The notes under the pieces: model-generated
What the model was told of the DNA's origin: nothing
The model's input: the letters and a program-made list of their open reading frames with translations, nothing else
Databases searched by the model: none
Source of the DNA: Rhina ancylostomus
Lineage: Eukaryota
Direction: 5' to 3'
Length of the DNA stretch: 64,000 nt
Assembly (NCBI GenBank): GCA_030265395.1
Contig: JARFYF010000001.1
Coordinates: 65,347,936 to 65,411,935 of the forward strand
In this document: one piece after another, positions 23,744-36,650 of the stretch
How the letters are laid out: each line of letters opens with the position of its first letter
Numbering within the stretch: position 1 is the stretch's first letter
Made by a program: the position numbers and the translations under genes

Positions 23744-26329
23744 GCAAGTACACAACCCTGTTATTGTTGGTGGAGTAGTGCTAATGTTTGCAGGGAGTAC
23801 AAATGAGAAAGGATGTACTTAATATCTCATTGAAGGGACCAGTGGCACAAAGGTTTAACATGTTAACTTGGATGCTGGTACCACGGCCCTTGAGATGTAT
23901 TCCCACAGGCGAGAGAGCTAATGGTATCATTCGAGCATTGAGGTGCATTACTACCAGTGGTGGAACCTCCTGTCCTGTTGCCGATCTGCAGTGATGCTGG
24001 CATGTAATGGCAGCAATACTCATGCCAGTTATCACAGGCAGTCCCTCCACTCGAAGCTCTGGTCAATTCACTGCTGCGATAGTGCCAGTAAGGGTCAGGG
24101 ATTTGTGCCAGGTTTCCAATGCAGCAGGGAATGTAGGGGTTCACAGTGGGTTCCTGGTAAAGCAGCGTACATCCTGAAAACATGCCCCTTTTTAAAATAT
24201 AAGGCAGTAGGCACATGTTTGGACTGGAGGACAGTAACAAATCAACATTTATATGGGATGCCAGTGTCGAGGGAGTGAGAAATGCATCGTTTCCAAGCAT
24301 CTTGTGATTTAATTGTTTCTGGTCTGAAATTGGTCACATAGTGTATATGACTGGAGATGTATGATTAGTACAGAACTCAGTTTGATTTTTGCCCCTTTTT
24401 GTGCTGGAGATCTCATTCGCTTTCCATTGCTTTCTTGCTGTGATGGCTGTGAATTTTTTTTGTAAAACTAGTTTTCTGCTTGTTCCATTTCTTAAAGTGA
24501 CGCCTATACAGCAAGTGGTCCAGGCGTAAGTCATCCTCCATTAGAACTTGTGGGATCCTTGACTATGTGGAAAGGAGGGCTGAGCTGAGCAGCTCTGTCC
24601 TTGCCCTTGATCCTGTCAGCCCCATGTTCCTTTCCTGACGCAGTGATGCTAAAGCTTTTTGACACCCTGTCCCCTCTCAGCTGTCTGTNNNNNNNNNNNN
24701 CAAGTTAGCTTCTCCCTCCATATTCAGTGTTACCTTTTACCAGATATTTTGGCTAACCCTATCAATAATGTAGATTGACATGTTGTTTGTGGAGGTATGT
24801 GAACCTTTGGCTGGCTTGCTGTGATTTTGTACACTTTGGTTGTACCCATCTTTCACCCATTGGTCATTGACTCAGATTCTATCTCCTCTCCCCCATGTCT
24901 GACTTCCTTTCCCTCTTAATTTGTAATCTTCTAAATTCATGCCATTGTGTTTGAATCTTTCCAATTAATTTTCTTCCCAAGCTACTGCTCTGAGAGAGTG
25001 AGTCAAATCCACATGATGTCCCAAATGATTAAATTATCCTTTTTATGTTTCTCAACCTAACTGCAGTACCTTGGTTAGCAAAACGATTCACCTTCAATGT
25101 TTCTCTTGTATAGTCCAGGCAGATGGAACCACAGCCACCTTGTTCCATTACTTTATTTCAATTCCAGCCAAGGAATCATCTGATTACCTCTCTCCCTGCT
25201 TCTGTATCATTACCTCTGAAGTTGTCCCTTGGATCAATCCTTGGCTTCCTATTCTGTGTGAAGCACTGAGTTTCATGTGGCTACAATCTATCTCCCTACC
25301 ACACCTTTCACTTCCCTCCACTCTCTCTGGGCATTCATTCTGTTTCTAATATCCAGTATTAGATGAACAGAAACTTAGTCCATTTTCTGAATATTTGGAA
25401 GTCACAGCCTAATGTCTTCAGTGCCAGGATGGAACTCTGTCCTGGCCATGGAATCCTGTTAGGCCCCAGCCGGAACTTCTGACGTTGTTTTCGCATTGAC
25501 CAAGACAGATCTGCCTCAATGTTGCCCATTGCCACTTCTACCTCTACCCATCTTGTGTTGAAGTGCTCTTTCTTGCCATGGTTTGCATGATTTTAATTGG
25601 CCCTTGTATAGGAAGACAGTCTGGTTACTACTGGATCTTCCTAAACTGGGAAGAGGTAGAGATGCAGTCTTTGACTTCTGATTGTATTCCCACATCACTT
25701 TTTTTAAAAATCCCATTTAGCCTCCATTTTCTAAGGAATATGCCTTCTAAAATACCCTTTCTTACATTATTGGTATTCAATTTGATTTGCTATTTAAATG
25801 TTGAATCTCCAAGATTTTTCAAGTCAGACATTTTACTGCAGCCATCCTGAGTTTTAATTATACTGGCTTCTTTAACTCCCTTCTCCATTAGGTGCAAAAG
25901 GTAGCTCTACTACATTGATGCACGATGTCATGCAAAGCAGTTTGACTGCAGGACAGAGCTAACTCTGTATTAACTCATTCAACATCTCCAACCATATTTT
26001 AATACATTATCTCTGCGAGGAAAAGACAACCATGACACTGATTCAAAATATCTAATTCCTTTGTGGTTTACTTAGTCCCTGCTGAATATGAGTGTCTTGG
26101 ATGAGCAGCATGTTGGGTGGTTCAATTTGCCTCCCAGGTTCCTGGCCAGAGATGGGCACCTACTGAATTGCTTTCTGCATTCTTCAGAGTACATGTACCT
26201 TCCAGGATCCCTGTGAGTCTGTCAGATCTTGCTGACTTTGAGTGCCAGTGCCTCAGTCCTGACCCTGATGGGAGCTGTCCATTCACTTTTGACCCATTGG
26301 TTCTTATGACTGCGCTCTTCTGATTCCAG

Positions 26330-26395
26330 GTACTCCAGCTCTGTGGGGAACTTTGTGGTGGTTGGTGGTTTTCAAGCATTGGCTAAACCAACAGT
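26330..26395 (+). CDS. ALS2: ALS2 exon 12 equivalent
   Basis: attccag|G TAC TCC...ACA GT|gtaagt; 66 nt; YSSSVGNFVVVGGFQALAKPTV. Confidence 0.92.
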
Positions 26396-27598
26396 GTAAG
26401 TATAGCCAAATCTTACCTCTCTAAAACCACATTATCCAGCAGCACACATCCCAATAGCCTTGTGTAAAGGATGCTGCTCCAACTGGAAGGAGGGGAACTG
26501 ACACTAGATCTGTCTTTGCAAGGCTGAATAGTTAGTCACTTTAAGTCTGTCTATTCCTTGATTGTCCCAAAGCGGTAGTAAACACCAGAGAATAATTAAA
26601 ACATTAGTATATTATCTTCAATTAAATTCCTGGGTTCTGCATCTTTCTGAACTTCAAAATTGCCAGCTTCCATCAGTCCATACTCTTATTTTACATTGAG
26701 AGTATGCGGAGAAATTATCTCTCAGAGAAAGAGTCAAAGGCTTGGGCAAGCCAGTTGTGGATAAGAAGGGTAGTAAGGGGGAGTTCATTCAATAATAAAA
26801 TAATTAAAAGGATTTCTGTTGAGGGAGTAGGGGTGAGAGAATGAGGGTAGGGATGATGTTGAAGTGGGTGATGTGCTGAAGAGTTCATGAGAATACATGA
26901 TCTGAGAGATACAAACATGACTGTTTCCACCCAGAGCTCAGCATCATCCTTAATTTTCCATCTGCAGGCTTTAAAACACAATTTTCTAATTAGCGCCTTT
27001 ATAATTTACTTGCACTCGTGGATGCTAAAACACTTAGCTTGTTTGTGCTTTCTCTTTGGTGTAATCTCTGAGCTTTCTCCTTCCCAGTTGCCCTGAGTCA
27101 TTTCCAAACCAATCCCATTTCCTTGTATCAATTCCAAACATCTCACTTCCTCTCTTGTATGGGCAATGATGATAAGGCTGCATTTATTTCCAAGGCTGGT
27201 TGCCCTTAGAAGATGGTGAATGGGTCTTCTGTGTGTTGAGGGACTTCTGTTAATGCTGGCAAGTAGAGTTCTTGTATTTTGACCCAGTAACAATAGAGAA
27301 ACAGATTCAATGACAAGGTCAAAATAGTTTGTGATGTGGAGGGCAACTTGAAGGTGATTGAGTTTCTAGTTCATTAGTCATCTTGTCCTGCTTGGTGGTG
27401 AAGGTTGTAGAGGAAGGAAATGTTGATGTAGACTTCCACTGAGTATCCTGCATGTAGAAGGCACCCACCTCTCCTTGGGCACTGATGAGATGTCTCCTCA
27501 CTGTGCACTCCTTTGGTTGAGTAATATGGTAATATTTTTAAGGTGAAGTTCTCAATGCTTCACAGCCCAGTGATCAGTGTTCTTATTGTCTTGCATAG

Positions 27599-27761
27599 GG
27601 AGCTCTTCAGTAAAAATCTTCAGATCCTCCAGCGGTTGTCAGAAGTGACAGATGAGAATGTTGCAGCTGCTGACCTCTTGCACGTTCTTTTCTACATGCC
27701 TATCAGGCACTTGCATGAATATGCCCGTATGCTGCTAAAACTTGCAACCTGTTTTGAAGTG
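27599..27761 (+). CDS. ALS2: ALS2 exon 13 equivalent (DH)
   Basis: gcatag|G GAG CTC...GAA GTG|gtaagt; 163 nt; ELFSKNLQILQRLSEV...LLKLATCFEV. Confidence 0.95.
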
Positions 27762-28905
27762 GTAAGTGAAAGCTCACATTTGCCATGTCCTTCTGTATTT
27801 CTTGTTTCATGTCTTGCTCCTTCATATGGCCTGATTTGCTGATGAGTCATGAGGTCAAAGCAAAACTTTCTCCAAGCTTGAAATTAGTCTGACATCAGTT
27901 GATCTTGAACAAAGCCTTCATTATAATTGTGCAGACAACACTGTAATGGAGAGCTATAAGTTGGTGATGGAGAGAAACCCAATTATGGATTTGAACCAGT
28001 AGATCATGGATGTCACTGCAGTATTTTGGGGTAATGTGGTCAAACTAGTCACCCAAATGCAGTTTTGGAGGTCTTTGTGAAAGTTGAAGTGTTCCAAAGG
28101 TTCAGTTTCACGTAAGGTATCCATAAGCCTTCATCACCTGAAACTGATGCATCAGTTAAAGGGTGTGGTAGTGTAGTGATAAAGGGTCAAGCAGCCACAG
28201 TTCTGGGTCATTGAACCGTGACAACTCCTACCATGCCAATGGGGACATTTCAGTTGTTGTGTAAATAACATTTGGGAATTAAAGTTGGTAGTAATGGTGA
28301 CCAGAATACTACCAGATAACAATTGTGCAACTGACAGGGTTTTGGAGATGACCAGCATATGATCATATCATTTTGGATATAACTTGTGCAAAGATGAGTT
28401 TCATTTTGAACCTGGATATTAAAGTTGCCCCATGCCACCCACAGGTTGCACTGTATTTTAAAAGACCTTGATTCCTTTATCAAAGGAAATCTGCTGCCTT
28501 GTTGTCATGTAAGTGTGACTCCAGTCCATCAATGATAGGATTAACTCTTCATTGCCCTCTGAAATGGTTTAATTAAAGGTTTTTTAGGGGGATAAGCAAT
28601 AAATGCTAATCTTGCCAATAATGCGCACATCCCAAATGACTTGAATCATTGCACTAAGGCATGATGTAGAGAGTAGAAAACTGTTGTGCATCTCCTGGGT
28701 TTGAAAGATGAGCCTCTTCCTTTTCCCAAACACTTCATAATTACACTGCTGAAATGTGTTTGGGCTGCAAAGGCACCTGGTGTGAATCAGCCTGACGGAA
28801 TTTTTGGTGGCTGTGGAATACTATTTGATCAGCTTTCACAGGGATGAAGGAGAGGCAAAGCAGATCTGAATAGATAACACAATCCTGCTTTATAAACTGT
28901 GGCAG

Positions 28906-29037
28906 GCCTCCAAGGAATACCATAAATTGCAGGAAGTCAGTTGCCAGTGTGAAGCTCTTGGTCTACACTTGAAGAAGAAACAGAAGGAGGCAGAATACAC
29001 ATACAGCTTTTGGAAGACATTTCCAGGGAAAATGACG
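28906..29037 (+). CDS. ALS2: ALS2 exon 14 equivalent
   Basis: ggcag|GCC TCC AAG...ATG ACG|gtatgc; 132 nt; ASKEYHKLQ...[17 protein letters not shown]. Confidence 0.95.
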
Positions 29038-31164
29038 GTATGCATAACACTAATTAGGTTGACTATTATATGTGTACTATCTTTGGATTACAAGCCTTTG
29101 CCCTTGTACAATGCCATGTCTTGGGTGCTACTTAATTAATCCTTTTTTGTTGAAGGATGAATCTTGACATGCCTGCAACTTTTTATTTGTGACTTTTTTT
29201 CTGCTGGCACCCCTGCCTTTTGTGTTGGCCCCCTCTAATTTTCTAACTGTGTGTGTGAAAGAGCACATGTCCCATGTTCTCCTGCTTGTTCTCCTGCTTG
29301 TTCTCCCATTGAAATGCCAATGGAAGCTCTGTCAGAGCAGTGTTGTAGATTTCTAATCAAAGCTGTCCTGGACATTATGACTTTATCAGATCTGAATTAC
29401 TTGATTGGTCTGTAGCACATAGCAAAAGTCTAATATATAGCATGCNNNNNNNNNNNNNNNNNNNNNNNNNNNNNNNNNNNNNNNNNNNNNNNNNNNNNNN
29501 NNNNNNNNNNNNNNNNNNNNNNNNNNNNNNNNNNNNNNNNNNNNNATGCATTATCTCTTTATATTGGGCATATTTGCTACCTGGTGACATTAAAGGTTAG
29601 CTTGTCAAACTAACAATGGCACTTGCAATGGGAGCACCGTGTGCCATGTTGTAAAATGGCTATTTTCTGCATTCCTATTTAATGATGCTGTGCATAGGAG
29701 ACAGCAAGCCAGCAGTATTGGCTTAATACATACTACCCCATGAAATAACATGTAGCAGTGGATGGCAGTGACTCATCAGTGCTTCTGCTTCAATATAAAT
29801 TGAAGCCAGAGTGTAAAGGCCTTGGTTAAGAGTGTCAGAACTGTTTGTGTGAAACATGTTGCATGTTTCCTTGCTCAGCAGTGGAAGGGTTAATATGGGT
29901 TCAACTTTTTTAGGGTTTTCTGACAAGACATATTCCTACCCTGAGTGTAAGTATGCATTTCTTGTGTGGCCTGAAATGGGGCATGTGCTTAATGAGAATA
30001 CAGCACCCCTCCTCTAGATCTAGTTTCCTGTGCAAATGGTTCCATAGAAGTAACCCTTCCCTTGCTGACTGCTACCAGATAAGTTGCATTCCATTCCTGC
30101 TCCTTAACACCCTTTGTTTGGTAACTTAGTGCTTTACAGTGTGTTCTGATGTTATCTATGGTTGCTGTGGTTTAATTCATTAAACAGTCTTTGCCTATGA
30201 AACAACTATTGAAATAAGAATTTGCTCTATGTAACCTTCCCATCTTATCTTCCACAGAATAAAACTTGTAATGTCATAGCAAACAGTTGTGGCTTAAAGG
30301 GATTTTTATTTTCTGGACCTGAGTCAGCCCCAGTCGTGATGGTTGAGAAGTGAATCTGTCTACCATATCTTTTAACTGTACAATTCCTGGTGAAACTGCA
30401 TCACCCTCTCAAAGAAACAGCTAGGCTTGGAAAACTGCTCACTAACAATGAGACTCCTACTGAGGGTGAAAAGTGGTGCTTGTGTAAGAGAGCCACTGGG
30501 GTTGGTTTGAGGTGGGTGGGGTGGGGAAAATGGTGCATGAAGCTTGATTTTAACCTGTAAACAGTTTATGATGTTGGAATGTTGACACTGCAGGAAAAAT
30601 ATCTGATGTGCTGGCCTCAATAGTAAATGAACAGGCGGCCTGGGGTCTGGCCTGGGCCACACTGGTGCAGAAATGAGTAAACATTCCAAGATTGCATGCC
30701 AATGGCAAGCACGCTGCCCTAGGGGAGTAGCCTAGGATTGGTTTTGCATATTTGACAGCAATTGTACGTATTGACATTTTGGAGTCTAAAGTTGGGAGAA
30801 AATGCTGGAAAGATGCAATATATTGCCAGCCTTTGAAAGGGAGCAGATTCGTGTGTTGGCTCAGAACTGGGCACAAAGGAAGAACTGAGGCCTTGGGCAG
30901 ATCAGCCATGATAGTGAAAGGTGGGGCAAGCTTGGTGGTGGGGGGAAGTGGGTGCTGTTAGCTTCCTCCTGATATGGTTTCTCTTGTTCTGTCAGCATGT
31001 CAATAATAAGCAGTTGGTCAGAGGTGGGTTGGGGCTAATTAGGGGCAAAGATGATATATGCCAAGAGACCAAGAATGGGCTAGAATACTTAAAAGGCAGG
31101 GATAGGGACTGTCCCTAAATGGTTAACTAACAAAATATCATGATGAAAAGCAGGGGACAGATTA

Positions 31165-31470
31165 TTGCTGCTGCCTCAGTTCTAGAGACCTAGGATCAGC
31201 CCTCATCTCTGGTGCTGTCAGTGTGGTGTCTGCACATTCTCCTAGAATTGTGTGGGTTTCCTCCAGGTGCTCCAGTTGCCTCTCGTGCTGAATTTGTGGG
31301 GCTTGGTGTAAATTTTGCTTAGTGTAGGTGGGTGGTAGGAGAATTGGAGTGGCAGTGGGAATGTTGATTGGTATTGAGAAGAAAAATTGGATTAGCCCAT
31401 ATGGGTTCTTGATGGTCAGAGCAGACAGGGTGGGGCAAAGGGCCTGTTTCCATACTGTATGATTTAATTT
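31165..31470 (+). mobile_element. HE1-type V-SINE
   Basis: ctgcctcagttctagagacc...tgcacattctcc...gggtttcctccaggtgctccag...gggcctgtttccatactgtatg. Confidence 0.8.
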
Positions 31471-31639
31471 ATTGTAGGTGTTTACCAAGAGAATGCTAAT
31501 GAAAATACAGACATTGAGAATGTAATGAATGGCATGAAGATTGATAGCCAGCCTTTCTAATACATCCTACCTGTGTTTGGAGTGGATAAGTTGCCTGATT
31601 TGCATTTCTTGCATCCTAACAGTGGTGGGGTGAAATTAT

Positions 31640-32930
31640 GATCACTTGGAAAGGCAGGGACTGATGGTGTACATGAACTTCAAGGCTTTTGACAAGGTCC
31701 TGCATGGTGGGCTGATCCAGAAAGTTGGGGCACATGAGATCCAAGGTGTTGAAGCAAACTGGATCCAAAGTTGGCTTGGTGATAGGAGGCAGAGGGTAGT
31801 GATGAAGGCAAGTTTTTCCACACAGAGGGTGGTGGGTATATGAAACAAGCTGCCAGAGATGGTGGTTGAAGCAGGCTAATCACAGCATTTAAAAAGCATT
31901 TAGACAGTAGTAGAGGAAGGTGAGCCAAACACAGGAAGATGGGATTAATGTAAAAAAGCATCTCAGTCTCATGGATGAGTCAGGCCAAAGAGCCTGTTTC
32001 CATGCTGTACAACTGTGGTTTTAATTGCTAAATGAAATGGATTGGAATTGATGGAAGGGGCTTCCATCTTCTTCCTATCTCCCCTCAACATGGAAGTGCC
32101 AGAGCATTGGAAAATAGCAAATATTTCACCCTTCATCAAAAAAAATGCAAAGATGTTCCCAATAATTATTGGATGGCTCATTTAACATTAGAGATGGGTA
32201 AAATTTTAACAGTAATTGTGGAGGGGAATAAAAATTGACAGTCCCTTAGATGTGAATAATTAAGAGCCAGCAGATTTATAAAAGCTGATCATGTTTGACT
32301 AACCTAATACAATTTTTTTTGATCAAGTAACACAGAAGATTAATGATGGAACTGTAATGGATGTCATGTATGCATTTTTAAGAAAATGTTCGACAAAGTA
32401 CTACATAAACAGCTGCTTAACAAAATTGAGGCTTGTGGAATAGGTCAATTGGTGTTAGAAAGGATTAAAAAAATAGTTTAAGGATGCAAAACCTAAAATG
32501 GCAGAGTTCTAGTTCTAAAGAATGTGTAGGAACAGGGATTTCAGGGATAATATGAATAGATATTTGAAGATAACAAAACATTGTGACAGAGGTGATCAAA
32601 ATGCATGGGTTTCATAGGGGATTGAGTACAAAAGCAGAGATTTAAAGCTTAACGGGAGCCTTGTATAAAGCTGGAGGACTGCTCTCCGTTCTGGTAGGAA
32701 GTTTGTTAAGATCATTGAGAGGGTGTAGTGGAGGTTTACCCAGAATATCTTTTAGCTGCAAGGTTAGGTGAGAGAAACTGAGGTGGTTCTCCTTTGATCA
32801 AAAATAGTTNNNNNNNNNNCTCAACATAGGACAATGAGGCTAGAGTGAGGGAATGGAACTGATTTGGATTAATTCAGAGGTTGTATGGACTTGATGGGCT
32901 AGATGGCTGTTTCCCATGCACTTTAGTTTA
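31640..32930 (+). mobile_element. CR1 LINE fragments
   Basis: ORF MVYMNFKAFDKVLHGGLIQK...WLGDRRQRVV...QRVVGI; a further RT fragment at 32250-32900. Confidence 0.75.
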
Positions 32931-34599
32931 CTTGTGCTTGATCCCCTCATTATATCCTCTGTTAATCTGAAGTCATTAAAAATATTGCCATTCTTTGTTT
33001 GCTGACCTATCTATATTTGTTCCCAGATGACCAACATCTTGATTTGAGAAAAAATTCTTACCTTGTGTGAATCTCTCCAATATCTTAACTCTTGCCTCCT
33101 CTAGCCCCATAGCTTGCAAAACTCTACACTTCTAGTCTTTTGATTATCCTAAAATTTTAAATTTCATTATTGCCTTCACCTATCTAAACCTCTGGAGATG
33201 CTCCCAAAATCTGTTTGTATTGCACCCTTTGCTCCTTTTTAAGACATTCCTTAATGCCTAATTATTTGGCCATACTTTGTGTGGTCTGCCTTAATATTTC
33301 CTTCTGGTATGGTAATGCTCTTGGAATATTTTGTCTGGTAAATAAACTTGTATTTACTTTTACATTGATTTGTTTTTTGAGGTGGGCATGTTGGAAGGCT
33401 AAGTGAATTCTGCATGGTCTAATGCTGTTCCAGTTATTTAAGGATGAAATATGTTGGCCATTCACCAATTCCTGTAGTCCAATCTTGACATGAAAGAATT
33501 TTAAAACTTGCGTAGTTCTTGAATGCCAGCCTATGCATTTCAAGGATTCATAAATTCCAGTCAAACATGTAATTCTCCAGTGAGCGGACTTTTTGTACCT
33601 TCATGGCTCACTTTGAGTAACATTCTGCTACAATTAGTTTCTAATAGGGGCAACAGGATTAATGAGCAAATATCTGTAACTCCCACAGGCATCAAAATCT
33701 TCAGCTGCACCTCTTTTCATCTTTTTCCACCCACCTTCCCCAAACCCTGCGGTGGATTTTATGAGCAGAGGTGGTTATTTCCCAAGGTCCCCCAACCCAA
33801 TCTGTCATCACCACACCAATAACTTGCTTTTAAATGGAGGGTTTTAATAAAACAAAATGTCCTCCATTTTAATGCCTTTTTCTTTTGACTGTTTTTCTTG
33901 TTTCTTTCAATAATTATACCAACCCTTAATATCTGGGAAAGAAATCACAATAATTATCTCAGTAAACCCACTTCATTTCCCAGAACTAGAACAAACACTG
34001 ATACCCTTTCTTAATGGATTGGAAATGTGTTGGTGTAGGAAACTTCAGAAATTCCCCTTCTCCACTTTAACGCTTGGTTTTGCTCAGTCTGTATGGAGAT
34101 AATTGAGACCCTTGTTCCCACTCCATTTCTAAAACATGTTTACAAATTTGCTCCATTTTCTTCCTGTCACTTAGTAGCGTGTGTGTATTTTTGTTCAGCA
34201 GCGCAATTCTTATTTCACTTGTTCTGACTTTGAACCCTTAAATAGTTTGCCGCCTTCTCCCGGATTAATCATATCCAGGAACATTTACATTCCTTGCCTA
34301 GAATTACATATTTGAAAAGTTCTGTCATTATTGACTGTTTATAGTTGGTCTTCTATCTTCACTGCAGCCTTTTCACTATTCAATGGCATGTATTTGATTG
34401 CTAGTCAAGTCTGTTCATGTGTGGCTCTGTTGTTTCTTTCATGAATATTATTCTCTTGGTCTTTTGCTCCTTTGCTCCTTTTTAATATGATTCCTTATTG
34501 CCAATTTGCCAACAATAGCTATTTTTCCCTGATGCACTAGAATAATTTTTAACTTGTACAATCTCCTCAGCTTCCTCTGGTTCAATGCAAATATTCCTA

Positions 34600-35425
34600 A
34601 ATATTTTCAAATCGGGCATAATTTGCTTTCTATTCACTTTCTGGGTTCACTGCAAAGCCGCAATTTGCTTCCCATTCCTAATTGTCCTCTGGTGTTGGAG
34701 CCACTGCCATGAATGGCTACAGTCCTTCTGGTGAAATTACTGCCAAGGTGCTGTTGGGTAGAGAGTTCAACAGTTTTAACCCAATAACTGGGAAGGATCA
34801 GCAATTATATTTCCAAGGCAAGATACTTTGGGGGAACCTGCACATGGTGGTGTTCCAATGTTTCTACTGCCCTTGTCCTTCTTGTGTAAGAGGTGTTTTG
34901 TGAGGTGCTATCAGAGNNNNNNNNNNNNNNNNNNNNNNNNNNNNNNNNNNNNNNNNNNNNNNNNNNNNNNNNNNNNNNNNNNNNNNNNNNNNNNNNNNNN
35001 NNNNNNNNNNNNNNNNTGGGAGGTGCTATCAGAGTAGTCTGGTCAAGTAACTGTAATGCATGTTGTAGATGGTGCACACTAAAGCCACTGTGTAAAAGTG
35101 ATGGAGGGAGTGAGTATTTAGGATGGTTGATGGGTACTACTCAAAGGAGTTGCTTGCCATGGGTGATATTGAGCTTCCTGAGAGTTGCTGGAGCCACACA
35201 AGTCCAGGCAAGTGGAGAGTATACCCTTGTGCTCCTGACTTGTGGCCTGTAGGTGGTGGAAAGGCCTTGGTGTCAGGAGGTGAGTCACTCTCAGCAGAAT
35301 ATTCAGCCTTTGACCCACTCTCATAGCTATGGTATTCATGTGGTTAGTCCAGTTGAGTTTCTTTGCCAGAGGTGACACGCCAGGGTGTTTAAAAGTGAGA
35401 GACTTGGCAATGGACAAATCTCTCA
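34600..35425 (-). mobile_element. CR1/L2-clade LINE 3' region (second family; related pieces at ~27170-27460 and ~28430-28640)
   Basis: Minus ORF KLNWTNHMNTIAMRVGQRLNILLRVTHLLTP, typical of the RT C-terminus. Confidence 0.7.
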
Positions 35426-35463
35426 TTGTTTTAATTTTTTTTATTGTCAGCCAGTAATGAAGT

Positions 35464-35730
35464 TCAGTAAAACTCCAATAATCCAGCAGGCCTGGGACTT
35501 TGATGCTGGACTTGCAGATGTTCTAGACCATTGAATATTATTTCTATTAATACACCAAGAAATTTTTAATTGACTTAGAGGTTATAGTAAATTTTCTAGT
35601 GAACCAGGCAAGTTGAACAGGAGCAAGTGAACCAGGGCCCCAGTGTGTGGGAAGGGAGAATGGCAAACATTATCTGGTGAGCCATGTGCCAAACCATTGG
35701 GATTTCCAAAAAAACTGGAGCTTTCCTATC
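35464..35730. mobile_element. Second copy of the pogo/Tigger-like non-autonomous element
   Basis: CAGTAAAACTCCAATAATCC start, ends ctggagcttt; shares internal blocks with 6348-6610. Confidence 0.5.
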
Positions 35731-36521
35731 TACTTTATTTAGACTTTGGCCTTATCATTGCCTTGTGCAAGTTTATCATTTACTTTTCCTTGTGTTCTTT
35801 TTCCCTTGCTGATCTTTTTATAGCTGTGTTCTTTTTAGCTTCAGAGAATTGTTTGGACTTTTGGACATTTCTGCTCTTGGCACCTAATTGTCTGTTCCAC
35901 ACCTGGCTTGGGCTGGGAGAGAGGTTTTCTGTTTATAACCTTATCCAAGGGCAGTTACTGAGAGGTCTTTTTTCATATGATTGTTATTTAGGGGTAGGGC
36001 AAAGTGAAATACCATCTTGGTGAATAAGTGCTGTTTGGATGTGGGCAGGCAAAATGGTCCTTTAGGTGAAATGTTAGGTTTAGTAAATCATTCTTGAGTG
36101 TGAGAGCAAGAATAATAAATTTTTAATAAGCAGTGTTAAGTTCACTGTAAACAAAATACGAAAAACAGCAAGATGCTGGAAATCTGAAATAAAAACAGAA
36201 ATTGCCAGAAACACTCAGCCATTCAGGCAGATATCAGTGGGAAGACAAATGGTTAACATTTCAGGACTGCAACCTTTCAATACAACATACCACTGTATTG
36301 GTTTGACTACTATGTTCTGTATTGCTCACCCTATTATAGAAAGAGCATTAAAACAATGATAGCCAGATGCCTTGGCCAAAACATCAGGCTGATATTGTAT
36401 TCCCAGTTCACCACATGTTAGTGAGAGAAGTCATTAGTCTATTTTTGCCCTCGACTATACTGAGGTTGCTGCTGATATGAACACACTTCACTTTAATGTC
36501 ATTTGCTCTTTTTCTGCCAAG

Positions 36522-36650
36522 GATTCCCTGAGGAAACCAGAACGTCGCCTCATCTGTGAGAGCAGTAATCGGGGCTTGACGCTGCAACATGCTGGTAGAT
36601 TCTCCATCAACTGGTTTATCCTCTTCAATGATGCACTTGTCCATGCTCAG
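36522..36650 (+). CDS. ALS2: ALS2 exon 15 equivalent (PH)
   Basis: tttctgccaag|GAT TCC CTG...GCT CAG|gtcagt; 129 nt; [17 protein letters not shown]...FNDALVHAQ. Confidence 0.95.

Noticed and set aside
27839-27875. CTGATGAG as a possible hammerhead or C-box motif
   Set aside because: No downstream stem with GAAA, and no convincing D-box with a terminal stem.
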